Below, in pieces: positions 1-9,439 of a stretch of DNA of 64,000 nucleotides (position 1 is its first letter; every line of letters begins with the position of its first letter). The position numbers were made by a program, and so were the translations under genes. This DNA comes from an uncultured Bacilli bacterium (lineage in GTDB: Bacteria > Bacillota_I > Bacilli_A > RF39 > UBA660). The notes under the pieces are model-generated. The model saw nothing but the letters and a program-made list of their open reading frames with translations. It ran no database searches and was not told where the DNA came from. The stretch covers positions 529 through 64,528 of the forward strand of contig CATZLO010000002.1 in NCBI GenBank assembly GCA_958421325.1, given 5' to 3'.

Positions 1-1298
1 TATCAGAAGAAAAGTATCGTAGTATTATTAGTAAACTTAAGACTAAATATAGAGCTTTAAATAAAGAATATAATGATCATAAAAATCTTTATGAGGAGAT
101 GGCTGAAGCGATAGAGTTGCAACTTGAAAATATTGAGAAGAGATTTTTAGAGTTTGAAAAAGCAATGGATGATAATATGTATAGTGAAGTTGTACATATT
201 GTTAAGGCTTTAGATACAATGGTTGAACATATGGAAATAGTAGTATCAGAAGTTCCTGATTTAATGCTTATGTGTAAACAGTTGATTCCTAAAAGAATTA
301 AAGAGATAGAAGATATAGGTAAAGAGATGACTGAAAAGGGATATCCTATTGAGTATCTTAACCTTAGTTATAATTTGGAAGAGTCTCGTAAGAATGTTAG
401 TACTATTTTAGATAGGATAAGAGTTTTAAATCTTGAAGATTGTATGTTTGAGCTTAAGACTATTCTCGATTATTTAGATAGTATTTTTGTGGATTTTGAA
501 AAAGAGAGACTTTCTCGTAAAGTTTATGAAGAGGGGATAAAAGCTTTTGCTAAAAAACTTAGAAAAACAGAAAAAGTTGTTACTGATATATATGAACAAT
601 TAGATGATATTAAGAATATGTATGATCTTAATGAAGAGGATGTTAATATTATTAATGAAGTTAATAAAGATTTAACTTCTATTAAAGATGAATATAAAAA
701 TGTTGTTGATAGGGTAAATAATAAGGCAACACCATTTTCTTTAGTTACAAAGGAAGTTGATGAGCTTACTTTAAACCTTAAACGAACTGAATCTACTTTA
801 GATGTTGCTTTAAAGAGTCTCGGTAATATGTATGAAGATGAACAAAGGGCTAGGGAACAACTTTCTGAAATAGATAAGTTATTAAGTGAATGCAAAGAAA
901 GAATGAGGATGTTTAAACTACCTATTATTAGTGATAACTATTTTGTTGAACTTAATGAAGCGAATGAAGCGATAGAGGAGGTAGTTAAAGAATTATCTCG
1001 TAAACCTATAGTTATTAAAACATTAAATACTAGAGTTGATACAGCAAGAGATTTAGTTTTAAAGCTTTATAATACTACTCTTAATATGGTTAAAAAGGCC
1101 AAGTTGACAGAGAGTTTAATTGTCTATGGAAATAGATATAGATTTTTGCATGAGGATATTAATAGTGGCCTTAATAGAGCTAGTTCTCTTTTCTATAAAG
1201 GAAGTTATGATAGTGCTTTAAAGGTTTGTGTTGCTACTATTAGAAAAGTTGATGATAATATAGAAGGAAAGATAAAAAACTATGAAAGTAAGATTTAA
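1..1298 (+). CDS. ezrA: Septation ring formation regulator EzrA, C-terminal part (5' end outside window)
   Basis: ORF is open to the window edge in frame 3. Long coiled-coil-type sequence with a ..VYGNRYRF.. patch near the C-terminus, as I recall for EzrA. Confidence 0.55.
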   Translation, partial: SEEKYRSIISKLKTKYRALNKEYNDHKNLYEEMAEAIELQLENIEKRFLEFEKAMDDNMYSEVVHIVKALDTMVEHMEIVVSEVPDLMLMCKQLIPKRIKEIEDIGKEMTEKGYPIEYLNLSYNLEESRKNVSTILDRIRVLNLEDCMFELKTILDYLDSIFVDFEKERLSRKVYEEGIKAFAKKLRKTEKVVTDIYEQLDDIKNMYDLNEEDVNIINEVNKDLTSIKDEYKNVVDRVNNKATPFSLVTKEVDELTLNLKRTESTLDVALKSLGNMYEDEQRAREQLSEIDKLLSECKERMRMFKLPIISDNYFVELNEANEAIEEVVKELSRKPIVIKTLNTRVDTARDLVLKLYNTTLNMVKKAKLTESLIVYGNRYRFLHEDINSGLNRASSLFYKGSYDSALKVCVATIRKVDDNIEGKIKNYESKI

Positions 1299-1905
1299 TG
1301 AACAAGGAAAGGGTAGTTATGAGTTTTTAACAGTAGTAGTTACTTGTCTTATAGTTAGTTCTATCTTTTTGTTTATTATTATTAATAATAGTGAAAAAGA
1401 GAAGATTCAGGTGTTTAAATATAATGCTAAAATAATAGGTATAAATGCTGTTAATTATAATAATTTGACTAGTGAAGATTCAGTTTATTTATATGAATTA
1501 ATTGATAATAATTTAGTATCTAGAATTAAAAATAATTTTTCTGGAGATGAGTATTGTGATTCCTATGAATCTAAAGTTGTTTTTTCTAAAAAGTCTAAAA
1601 AAGTTACATTAAGATGTGGAGAATACTTAATATATAATCAAGATATAACTGATGAGGAGTATAAAATATATAAAGTTAGTGATTGGTCATTTGATAAAAT
1701 AAGTGGTAATAATGTAGATAAAATAAAAGTTTATAGTCTTTTTAAAAATGGAAGGAATATCCTTAATAATTATTATGAAAAAGATCTTTTTATTAAATTA
1801 GTTGAGGATAATTATGGTAGTAAATATAATAGTTTTGATGCTATAGAAGAAGATTATAAAATAGATGAGAAAACTGTTTATAGGAAAAGGACATTAGTTA
1901 GTTAA
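1282..1905 (+). CDS. Hypothetical N-terminally membrane-anchored protein
   Basis: ATG overlaps the ezrA stop. One N-terminal hydrophobic helix (FLTVVVTCLIVSSIFLFIII). No family motif recognised. Confidence 0.45.
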   Translation: MKVRFNEQGKGSYEFLTVVVTCLIVSSIFLFIIINNSEKEKIQVFKYNAKIIGINAVNYNNLTSEDSVYLYELIDNNLVSRIKNNFSGDEYCDSYESKVVFSKKSKKVTLRCGEYLIYNQDITDEEYKIYKVSDWSFDKISGNNVDKIKVYSLFKNGRNILNNYYEKDLFIKLVEDNYGSKYNSFDAIEEDYKIDEKTVYRKRTLVS

Positions 1906-1957
1906 ATTAATAAAAATGTGATCCAATTATATTGGAATAAGAAAGGTAGGTATTTGT

Positions 1958-2659
1958 ATGAATAAAAGTAATGAAAGAGATTTTTTTGATAGTCCTAATA
2001 TGATTACATACATTTTAATTGGATTATTGGTTGTGCTTATAATATTATCACAATCTTTTGCTATTCAAAGTCATATGGAGGCAGGAGATATATTTAGGTC
2101 TATTATTAATCATAATAGTGTTTATTTAGTTAGTTTAATTTATTTTGTTTTAATTAAAGTTAAGTTTGGTAAGAAGTATTTTGATTACTTAAATGTTACC
2201 ATGTTTGTATTTTATTTACTTACTACTTTTGCTAGCTTATTTACAATTTTTCAATCATTTGGATTTTATTCTATCCTAAATTTAGCTTTTAATGTGCTAA
2301 TTACACTATATTTTGGATATTCATTTTTCACTAGTACTGTTATTGGTAAAGATTTAGGATTATCTGATAGCCCTTTATCAGAGATTAATAATGGTCAGTA
2401 TTATTATATTTTGATTGGTATTATTGCAATTAGCTTGATTGTGTCTTTAGTGTCAGTTAATAGTTTTGAAGATGTAGTTGTTTACTTATTAGAAGCTATG
2501 TATCAATTTATGTTTGTTAGATATGTTTATTTATATAAAGAGTATATTGAAAGAAAGGAATTAGAAGCATCTAAAGAAAAAAAACAGGATGAAGAAAAAC
2601 CTAAAGAAAAAAGGCGTGGTAGACCTAAAAAAAATAGGGATGAGGAGACTTTGAAATGA
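1958..2659 (+). CDS. Polytopic membrane protein with C-terminal K/R-rich AT-hook-like tail
   Basis: Several hydrophobic segments. The C-terminus KEKRRGRPKKNRDEE contains an RGRP core. Confidence 0.5.
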   Translation: MNKSNERDFFDSPNMITYILIGLLVVLIILSQSFAIQSHMEAGDIFRSIINHNSVYLVSLIYFVLIKVKFGKKYFDYLNVTMFVFYLLTTFASLFTIFQSFGFYSILNLAFNVLITLYFGYSFFTSTVIGKDLGLSDSPLSEINNGQYYYILIGIIAISLIVSLVSVNSFEDVVVYLLEAMYQFMFVRYVYLYKEYIERKELEASKEKKQDEEKPKEKRRGRPKKNRDEETLK

Positions 2660-2997
2660 GAGATTTATTTGATGAAATTGATGAAGAAAGAAAAGATTTG
2701 CCTAGATTGAAAAAGATAAGTAATGAAGTTCAAAAAAAGAGAAATTATAATTTTTATCAGCAATTAGCAGTGTGTTTATTTATATTCTTATTTATTGTGG
2801 GTGTAATTGTTGGTAATTTATTTCCAGCTTGTAGTGAGACATCAGAGCTATTTGCTACTTGTACCAAAACTGAATATAATTTATCTTTAACATTAATATT
2901 TTGGCTTGCTAGCTTTGTATTTTGTGCTATGATCTATGGACTTGGTGAAGTGATTAGATTGCTTAATATAATTGCAGATAATATTAGTAAAAAGTAA
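2656..2997 (+). CDS. Small membrane protein
   Basis: ATGA overlap with the upstream gene. Two hydrophobic helices. Confidence 0.4.
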   Translation: MRDLFDEIDEERKDLPRLKKISNEVQKKRNYNFYQQLAVCLFIFLFIVGVIVGNLFPACSETSELFATCTKTEYNLSLTLIFWLASFVFCAMIYGLGEVIRLLNIIADNISKK

Positions 2998-3109
2998 ATT
3001 GGAATAGAACTTGAAAATAGTAAATTCTATTTTTTCTTTATAGATAATTTGGTTAATAATAAAAATTTTAAGTTTATAAATTATGACATTTGTTTTTGAA
3101 TTTATGAGT

Positions 3110-3138
3110 TTGACAAGTATTTATCTGTATGATATTAT
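3110..3138 (+). promoter_or_regulatory. Sigma-A-type promoter upstream of the ABC exporter
   Basis: TTGACA (3110-3115), 17-nt spacer, extended -10 TGaTATTAT (3130-3138). Confidence 0.4.
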
Positions 3139-3301
3139 TAGTTGGATTAAAAGGGTAAGTGATTGATATGTTACTTTTATTTGTGGTTTAAATCAAAATT
3201 ATTTATGACGTATTTTGTAGTTGTTTACGGGATATGGCATCCTTTTATATGATATTTTTACAAACTACTGTAAAGTCGTTTTTTGTTGGAGGTGTAGTGT
3301 T

Positions 3302-5032
3302 GTGGAAAAGTTAAAACATTTTAAAATATTTTGGGACTATATTAAAGATGATAAATTAAGACTTATTCTTTATATTATCTTAGTGGCATTATCTTATTTA
3401 CCAGCTTTAATATCTGTATATTTTTGGGGTGTTGCAGTTGAAGCCTTAACTGCTAAAGATATAAATTCATTTATATTTTATCTTGCCATATATGAAGGAA
3501 TTTACATTATCTTCTACACTTTTTTACAGATACCAAGAGACGCTTTATATACATATTTTGAGATTAAGTTTACAAAAAATGTAAGTAAAGACCTATATAA
3601 AAAGATAGATAAGTTACCTGCAATTGCCTTTGAAGAGATTGGTGTGGGAGAGTTTATTAACCGTTTATATACAGATCCTGATAGGGTAATGGAATTATTA
3701 TCTAAAATGGTTAGACTTATTTGTAAAGCAGTAGTTGTAATTATAGTTATTGTTATTGCAATTAGAATATCTTTTGTCTTGTTCTTGGAGATTATGTTAC
3801 TTGCAGTTATTATGGGATTTATTTCAATGAAGTTTTTTCCTAGGATTAAGAAAAGTCAAGAGAATATAAAAAAAGAAAGTGATGCTTATGTAAAAGTTGC
3901 AACTGAAAATATTACAGGAATTAGAGAGATTAAGTCACTAGGTATTACTAGGATAATAGAGAATAATATTTTTAAGGTTATAAATAAACTTTATAGTCAT
4001 ACATCTAAAGTTAGAAAGTATGAGAGATGGTATTATGGTTTCAATAACCTTGCTTATTTCTTAATTCAGTTTTTAATACTCTTTACAACTGGTAAGTGTT
4101 ATTTAGATGGAGTTATTAGTCTTTCAGTATTTTTGATGATGGAGTCTTATATATGGAGAATTGATGAAGTAGTTGAGAGTATTAGTGACTTTGGAGTTAG
4201 TTTTAATAAAGTAACTGTTTCTTTAAAAAGAATAGGGGAATTATTAAATAATAGTTTATATAAAGATGAAGTATATGGTTCTAAGGAGTTAGGGGATACT
4301 ACAGGAGTTATTAAATTTAATAATGTTAAGTTCAAGTATAAAGAAGATGAAGATTATACTTTAAATGGTCTTAATTTAGAGATTGTTCCTAATAAAAAAA
4401 TCGCTATTGTAGGACGTAGTGGTAATGGTAAGAGTACTATCTTTAATTTGCTACTTAGGTATTTTGATGCTAGTAAAGGTTCTATTACTGTAGATGGCAT
4501 TAATATTAAAGATTTAACTGAAGAGTCTTTAAGAAGTAATATCTCTATTATTAGACAAAGTCCTTTTCTATTTAATTTAACAATCCTTGATAATTTTAGA
4601 TTAGTTAAGGAAGATGTTAGTTTAGAGGAAGTGAGAAAGTACTGTAAAAGAGCTTATATAGATGATTATATTATGAGTCTTCCTAAAGGATATGATACTG
4701 TTATTGGTGAAGGTGGCATTAACTTATCAGGTGGACAAAAACAAAGACTTGCTATTGCTAGAACTCTTCTTTTAAATACAAAGATAGTCCTTTTTGATGA
4801 GGCGACTAGTGCTTTAGATAATGAGTCTCAAGAGTATATTAAGAGAACTATTGATGATCTAGTTAAAGACCATACAGTTATTATAGTTGCTCATAGATTA
4901 TCTACTATTGTTGATGCTGATACTATTCATGTAATAGAAAAAGGTAAATTAGGTGGTAGTGGTACTCATAAGGAGTTGTTAGAAAGTTGTAAACAATATC
5001 AACATTTATATACTGCAGAAAGTGAAATATAA
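3302..5032 (+). CDS. ABC transporter, fused permease/ATP-binding exporter (MsbA/LmrA type)
   Basis: N-terminal 6-TM region. Walker A GRSGNGKST, signature LSGGQKQR, Walker B LFDEATSALD. Start chosen at GTG 3302, 7 nt after GGAGGTG; the track ORF begins at 3221. Confidence 0.9.
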   Translation: MEKLKHFKIFWDYIKDDKLRLILYIILVALSYLPALISVYFWGVAVEALTAKDINSFIFYLAIYEGIYIIFYTFLQIPRDALYTYFEIKFTKNVSKDLYKKIDKLPAIAFEEIGVGEFINRLYTDPDRVMELLSKMVRLICKAVVVIIVIVIAIRISFVLFLEIMLLAVIMGFISMKFFPRIKKSQENIKKESDAYVKVATENITGIREIKSLGITRIIENNIFKVINKLYSHTSKVRKYERWYYGFNNLAYFLIQFLILFTTGKCYLDGVISLSVFLMMESYIWRIDEVVESISDFGVSFNKVTVSLKRIGELLNNSLYKDEVYGSKELGDTTGVIKFNNVKFKYKEDEDYTLNGLNLEIVPNKKIAIVGRSGNGKSTIFNLLLRYFDASKGSITVDGINIKDLTEESLRSNISIIRQSPFLFNLTILDNFRLVKEDVSLEEVRKYCKRAYIDDYIMSLPKGYDTVIGEGGINLSGGQKQRLAIARTLLLNTKIVLFDEATSALDNESQEYIKRTIDDLVKDHTVIIVAHRLSTIVDADTIHVIEKGKLGGSGTHKELLESCKQYQHLYTAESEI

Positions 5033-5139
5033 AATTATAATCTATATTTAACTTATTTAAATTAACGTGCTGCTTTTTATAAAAACTCATGATATAATTG
5101 TAATGGTTATATTTTTAAATTGTAAAGGTGGTGTTCTTG

Positions 5140-6132
5140 ATGAGAAAATATAAAGTAGCAAGTTTATTTGCTGGAATAGGTGGTATAGATTATGGATTTA
5201 AGAAAGCAGGAGCACAACCAATATGGGCTAATGAAATTGATAAATATTGTGCTGTAACTTTTAAGGCTAATCATAAAAAAACTAAATTAGTTGTTGATGA
5301 TATATGTAATGTTAAAGGTATAGATATTCCTAAAATTGATATTTTAACTGCCGGTTTTCCATGTCAACCATTTTCTATAGCTGGCTATAGAAAAGGTTTT
5401 GAAGATGATCGTGGTAATATGTTTTATCAAATTATGCGTTTAGTTGATGAAATGGAAAATAATAGTAATAAACCTAGGATTATTTTTTTAGAAAATGTTA
5501 AAAATTTAGAAACACATGATAATAAAAAAACATATAGGACAATAAAAGAAGAGTTGAGAGATAGAGGATATTTTGTTACAAAAAAAGTTTTAAATACATG
5601 TGAGTATGGGAATGTGCCACAAAATAGAGAAAGAATTTTTATTATAGGTTTTTTAAATCAGCAAGATAGAGAGAAGTTTAAGTGGGAAAACATTCCTCCT
5701 ATTAAATTAACTAATACAATTGACAAGGTTGTTGATTGGAATGTAGCTGTTGATAAAAAATATTTATATGAAGATGATAAAAAGTGCTATAACTTATTAA
5801 AGGAGAATGTAACTGAAAAAAAAGTTATATATCAATATCGTCGAGTATATGTTAGAGCTAATAAATCAGGCTTGTGTCCAACTTTAACTGCTAATATGGG
5901 TATGGGAGGGCATAATGTTCCTTTGATTTTGGATAATAGAAATAGAATTAGAAAGCTATTACCTAGGGAGTGTTTATTGTTGCAAGGGTTTCCTAAAAAT
6001 ATGATTATTCCTCCTGAATTATGTGATTCTAGAGTTTATAAGCAAGCTGGTAATGCTGTATCTGTTCCAGTTGTAAAACGTGTGGCACAAGAAATTATTA
6101 GAGCAATGAGGGAGGTTGATAGTTTAGAATGA
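5140..6132 (+). CDS. DNA (cytosine-5)-methyltransferase
   Basis: m5C MTase motifs FAGIGG (I), GFPCQPFS (IV), ENV (VI), QNRERIF (VIII), GNAVSVPV (X). ATG 5140 follows AAAGGTGGTG. Confidence 0.9.
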   Translation: MRKYKVASLFAGIGGIDYGFKKAGAQPIWANEIDKYCAVTFKANHKKTKLVVDDICNVKGIDIPKIDILTAGFPCQPFSIAGYRKGFEDDRGNMFYQIMRLVDEMENNSNKPRIIFLENVKNLETHDNKKTYRTIKEELRDRGYFVTKKVLNTCEYGNVPQNRERIFIIGFLNQQDREKFKWENIPPIKLTNTIDKVVDWNVAVDKKYLYEDDKKCYNLLKENVTEKKVIYQYRRVYVRANKSGLCPTLTANMGMGGHNVPLILDNRNRIRKLLPRECLLLQGFPKNMIIPPELCDSRVYKQAGNAVSVPVVKRVAQEIIRAMREVDSLE

Positions 6133-7232
6133 AAATTATTAATTATGATAAAAAAACTTTTAAAAAGTATATGGAAGATTTACAGGTTGTAGGTATGTTG
6201 TCATATCTTTTTTCAGATAGTTCTACACCGATGTTATATTATAGGGCTACAGAAAATTTGTTTTGTAATGCTTTTAATGCAGAAAATTTGGCACGTTCTG
6301 ATGTTCCTGCTGATGCAAAATATGGAAATATTGGTGTTGGGATTAAAACATTTTTAGAAGGTAATAAGAAAACTTTCCAAAAAATTGAAGAATTTAATAA
6401 TCAACATTCTTTATATGAAAGTTTAAATCCTGAAGATAAAATAATTAAAATTGCTGAATTAAGAAATAATAGGTTAAAATTTACTATGGATACATACGGT
6501 ATTAAAAAAATGATATTTCATTGTATTGTTAGAAACAGCGAAGGTTTTCATTTTTTTGAAGAGCCAATGGATTTTATAGATATAGATAATATAAAAATTA
6601 AGAGTATAAATAAAAATACTATTGATTTTACTGATAATCAACATAATTATAAATTTAATATTACTAAAAGTACTTTATATAAACAGTTTTTAACTGATAG
6701 TTATTTTGCTGATATTAATGTTGTTATTGTTGGAGATCCTTTATCTTTGATTCAAAGGCCTGATGTCGATTCTTTAGTTACAATTACTGAAAATGAAATT
6801 TTAACTTTGCCTTTATATTCTTATTCGCATGGAAAAAAGATCGTTCCAGAGAAGAGTGGATTAAATCAATGGAATGCAGGTGGTAGGAAGAGAAATCTAA
6901 ATGAAGTATATATTCCTTTTCCTGCTAGTATAAGAAAAGAACATTTAGACTTTTTTCCTCCTAGAGATCAATGTTTTGATGTTAGATTGCCCAGTGGTAA
7001 AATACTTTCTATGAAAGTTTGTCAAGATAATGACAAAGCAATTATGTCTAATCCTAATAAATCTTTAGGTGAATGGATATTAAGAGAGGTTTTACATCTT
7101 GAGGAACTTGAATTACTTACTTATAATAAATTATTGGAATTGGGTATAGATAGTGTTATCTTTGAAAAGCATGGTGATTATTATTCTCTTGATTTTAATT
7201 CTTTAGAATTATCTAAAGAAGATGAAGTATAG
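6129..7232 (+). CDS. Putative type II restriction endonuclease, partner of the m5C methyltransferase
   Basis: ATGA 4-bp overlap with the MTase gene and same strand. Size (367 aa) and position are typical. Specificity family not recognised. Confidence 0.5.
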   Translation: MKIINYDKKTFKKYMEDLQVVGMLSYLFSDSSTPMLYYRATENLFCNAFNAENLARSDVPADAKYGNIGVGIKTFLEGNKKTFQKIEEFNNQHSLYESLNPEDKIIKIAELRNNRLKFTMDTYGIKKMIFHCIVRNSEGFHFFEEPMDFIDIDNIKIKSINKNTIDFTDNQHNYKFNITKSTLYKQFLTDSYFADINVVIVGDPLSLIQRPDVDSLVTITENEILTLPLYSYSHGKKIVPEKSGLNQWNAGGRKRNLNEVYIPFPASIRKEHLDFFPPRDQCFDVRLPSGKILSMKVCQDNDKAIMSNPNKSLGEWILREVLHLEELELLTYNKLLELGIDSVIFEKHGDYYSLDFNSLELSKEDEV

Positions 7233-7263
7233 ATTTATAAAATTTAAATTTTATATGAATAAA

Positions 7264-7296
7264 GGATAGTGTTTTATGGTTAATACTATCTTTTTG
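7264..7296 (+). terminator. Weak stem-loop plus T-run after the restriction gene
   Basis: GATAGT (7265-7270) / ACTATC (7285-7290) followed by TTTTT. Confidence 0.35.
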
Positions 7297-7323
7297 ATTG
7301 ATTTTATTTGTAACAAGACATAA

Positions 7324-7842
7324 TTATTTTTTGATAATATTCTCTAAAAATAATCCCATTAGGACTCCTCCGTTTGTTTCTTTCTTTTTATCTGCTTGTT
7401 TTATAATATTATCTCCTAGTTCTTTTAATACTTCCTCTGATTCTTCAGTATCTTTTCTTAATAGAGCATCCCAGTACTCATTATCTCTTAAGGTGTAATA
7501 GATTGGGTCTTTACCATTTGCTTTGATAATATTTGGAATGTTATCAGTACTAGTTTGTGATAATTATCTTTACTATTATATTTAAGGACTTCTTTAGGGA
7601 AACTTTATCAAAGTTAACTAATGTACCATTAAGTTTTTGATTATGCATTTCAGTTGCGAAACTTTTTATAATATTAATAATAGTATCTGCTTCATCTCTT
7701 GTAATATTATATTTTCCACATTCTTCACTAGTAATATTTACAGCTTTTAAGTGAAATTCAAAGAAAATGTCGGCTAAGTCTTTTCCTTTATTTATTTTTT
7801 CTACAACAAAAGGGTAATATCTTAAATCGGTTCTATAATATT
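7324..7842 (-). pseudogene. Remnant of an unidentified gene, internally frameshifted and 5'-truncated by the ISL3 insertion
   Basis: The minus strand reads as coding in two frames (..YYRTDLRYYPFVVEKINKGKDLADIFFEFHLKAV.. then ..DNIPNIIKANGKDPIYYTLRDNEYWDALLRK..ENIIKK*). The upstream part runs into the IS end. Confidence 0.4.
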
Positions 7843-9308
7843 TAGTGGGGATAGATAAAATTCTCGCTATTTTTATAAAATAAAAGAGACATATATAAGT
7901 CCTAAGATAAAATATAAATATTAACAATAAAAATATCGAAAGGATTTGATTATATATCTCAAGAAAATTATATAAGAAATTTATTAAATATTAAAGATAA
8001 AAATATAAAATTTTATAAAAACTTTTGTGAGGCTGGTATTAGTAAAGGTAAAAAATGTAAGTTTATTAATGCTTATTTATCTTATATTCCTACTCATTGC
8101 GAAAAGTGTGGTGTTATATTTGACTCTAAAGACGACTATGAGAAGAAAAGATTTTCTAATAGGTCCCCCTATGTTTTAATACCTAAAATATGTAAATTTA
8201 CTGCCTACCTTAAACTTGATAAACAACGTATTAAATGTCATCATTGTAACCAGTCTTTTACTTGTAAAACTGATTTAGTCGATTTTGGTTGTTTTATTTC
8301 TAACCCTACTAAACTTTCTATCGCTTCTGATTTAATAAAAAAAGAAGTGAAAAAGATATCGCCATTGATAATGATGTTTCTCCTAATACTGTTGAAAGAG
8401 TTATTGACTCTTATTATGATTCTAAAAAACTTTATAAGCATTATTTACCCGATGTTTTATGCTTTGATGAATTCAAATCTGTTAAATCTGCTGATGGTGT
8501 CATGAGTTTTAACATGTGTGATGGTACTAATGGCAAAACTATTGATATTGTTGAAGATAGAAAACCTTTTAGTCTTCTTAAATATTTTTCTTATTATTAC
8601 TCATAAGGCAAGAAGTAAGGTTAGGTTTATTGTTATTGATATGTATTCTCCTTATATTTCTCTTATTCTTAAGATGTTCCCTAATGCTTCTATTATTATT
8701 AATAAATTTCATTTGACTCAATTAATTTCCAAAGCTTTTAATAAAACTAGAATTATGGCTATGAAAAGGAATAAGAAAGACTATAGAAAACTTAAACGCT
8801 ATTGGAAATTGTTATTAAAATCTAGAGATGAACTTAAAGCCTCTGTATGGAAGAAATATACATGCTTTAATGATTTAACTACTGAAATTGATATTGTTAA
8901 TTATCTTATTAATTCTGATGATGAATTAAAAGATTCTTATCAAGCTTATCAAGATTTACCTTATGCTTTTCAACACAGTGATATTAAAGTATTAGAAGCT
9001 TCTTTAAATAATAATTATGAGCATCTTTCTTCATATATGACAACATCTATTAATACTCTAAAACGATTCCTACCTTATATTAAAAATACCTTTAATAATA
9101 ACTATCATAATGGTTATATTGAAGGAAATAACAACTTTATTAAAGTAATTAAAAAATTGCCTTTGGCTCTAGATCTTTTTCTCGATTTAAGGCTAGAATT
9201 ATGATTTGTAAAGGTCTAATTTTACCAAAAAGAAAAGAAGCATAATTCTATGCTTCAATTGATTATTTTGTCATTTGGATTTTCTTAAATCCCCACTATT
9301 TGACAAAG
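7843..9308 (+). mobile_element. Decayed ISL3-family insertion sequence
   Basis: Terminal inverted core TAGTGGGGAT (7843-7852) / ATCCCCACTA (9289-9298). The interior encodes an ISL3-type transposase in several frames. Confidence 0.7.
7930..9204 (+). pseudogene. ISL3 family transposase, multiple frameshifts
   Basis: Recognisable blocks: zinc-finger CEKCG..CHHCN, LCFDEFKSVKSADG.MSFNMCD, VIDMYSPYISLI..FPNA.III.KFHL.QLIS.AFNKTRI, KLKRYWKLLLK, GYIEGNNNFIKVIKK. The reading frame breaks near 8340, 8520 and 9150. Confidence 0.75.
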
Positions 9309-9439
9309 AAACTTTATATATTAAATTCGCACCAAATGCGAACAATTGTTCTGGCACGGAAACTGAACGAGTTTCCAAATTTTTAACGCCAAAGACTTTC
9401 TTTACAAAATCTATAACTATTTTACCATTTTTAATTGAT

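Noticed and set aside
524-895. Antisense track ORFs inside longer genes. Examples: 524-895, 4147-4335, 9654-9863, 11185-11433, 15005-15220, 16453-16680, 17268-17573, 18447-18782, 21417-21825, 25292-25751, 26419-26817, 43828-44283, 46476-46841, 49495-49875.
   Set aside because: They are shadow ORFs on the opposite strand of well-supported genes. They have low-complexity S/L/F-rich translations and no SD sequences, as expected in AT-rich DNA.
1282-1905. Possible type IV prepilin/pseudopilin N-terminus (..QGKGSYEFLTVVV..).
   Set aside because: After the Gly there is no F/M at +1 and no Glu at +5, so it does not fit the prepilin peptidase consensus.
3168-3191. Mini-ORF MLLLFVV in the roughly 160-nt leader of the ABC exporter, as a possible attenuation leader peptide.
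   Set aside because: There is only a weak AAGGG 12 nt upstream. No convincing alternative terminator/antiterminator pair could be folded by eye.
7298-7498. Plus-strand ORF 7298-7498, and the N-terminal 30 aa of the minus ORF 7550-7927.
   Set aside because: The real coding signal here is on the minus strand in two frames (a gene remnant). The extended N-terminus reads through the ISL3 end.
9344-9385. Alignment of the left-junction hairpin (GGAAAC..GTTTCC plus T-run) with the tRNA-Trp terminator (CACGGA..TCCGTG, 19915-19940), as long direct repeats of the element.
   Set aside because: Similarity is limited to CACGGA plus AACT with gaps. The shorter 11-mer match to the tRNA 3' end is the better, though still weak, candidate and is reported instead.
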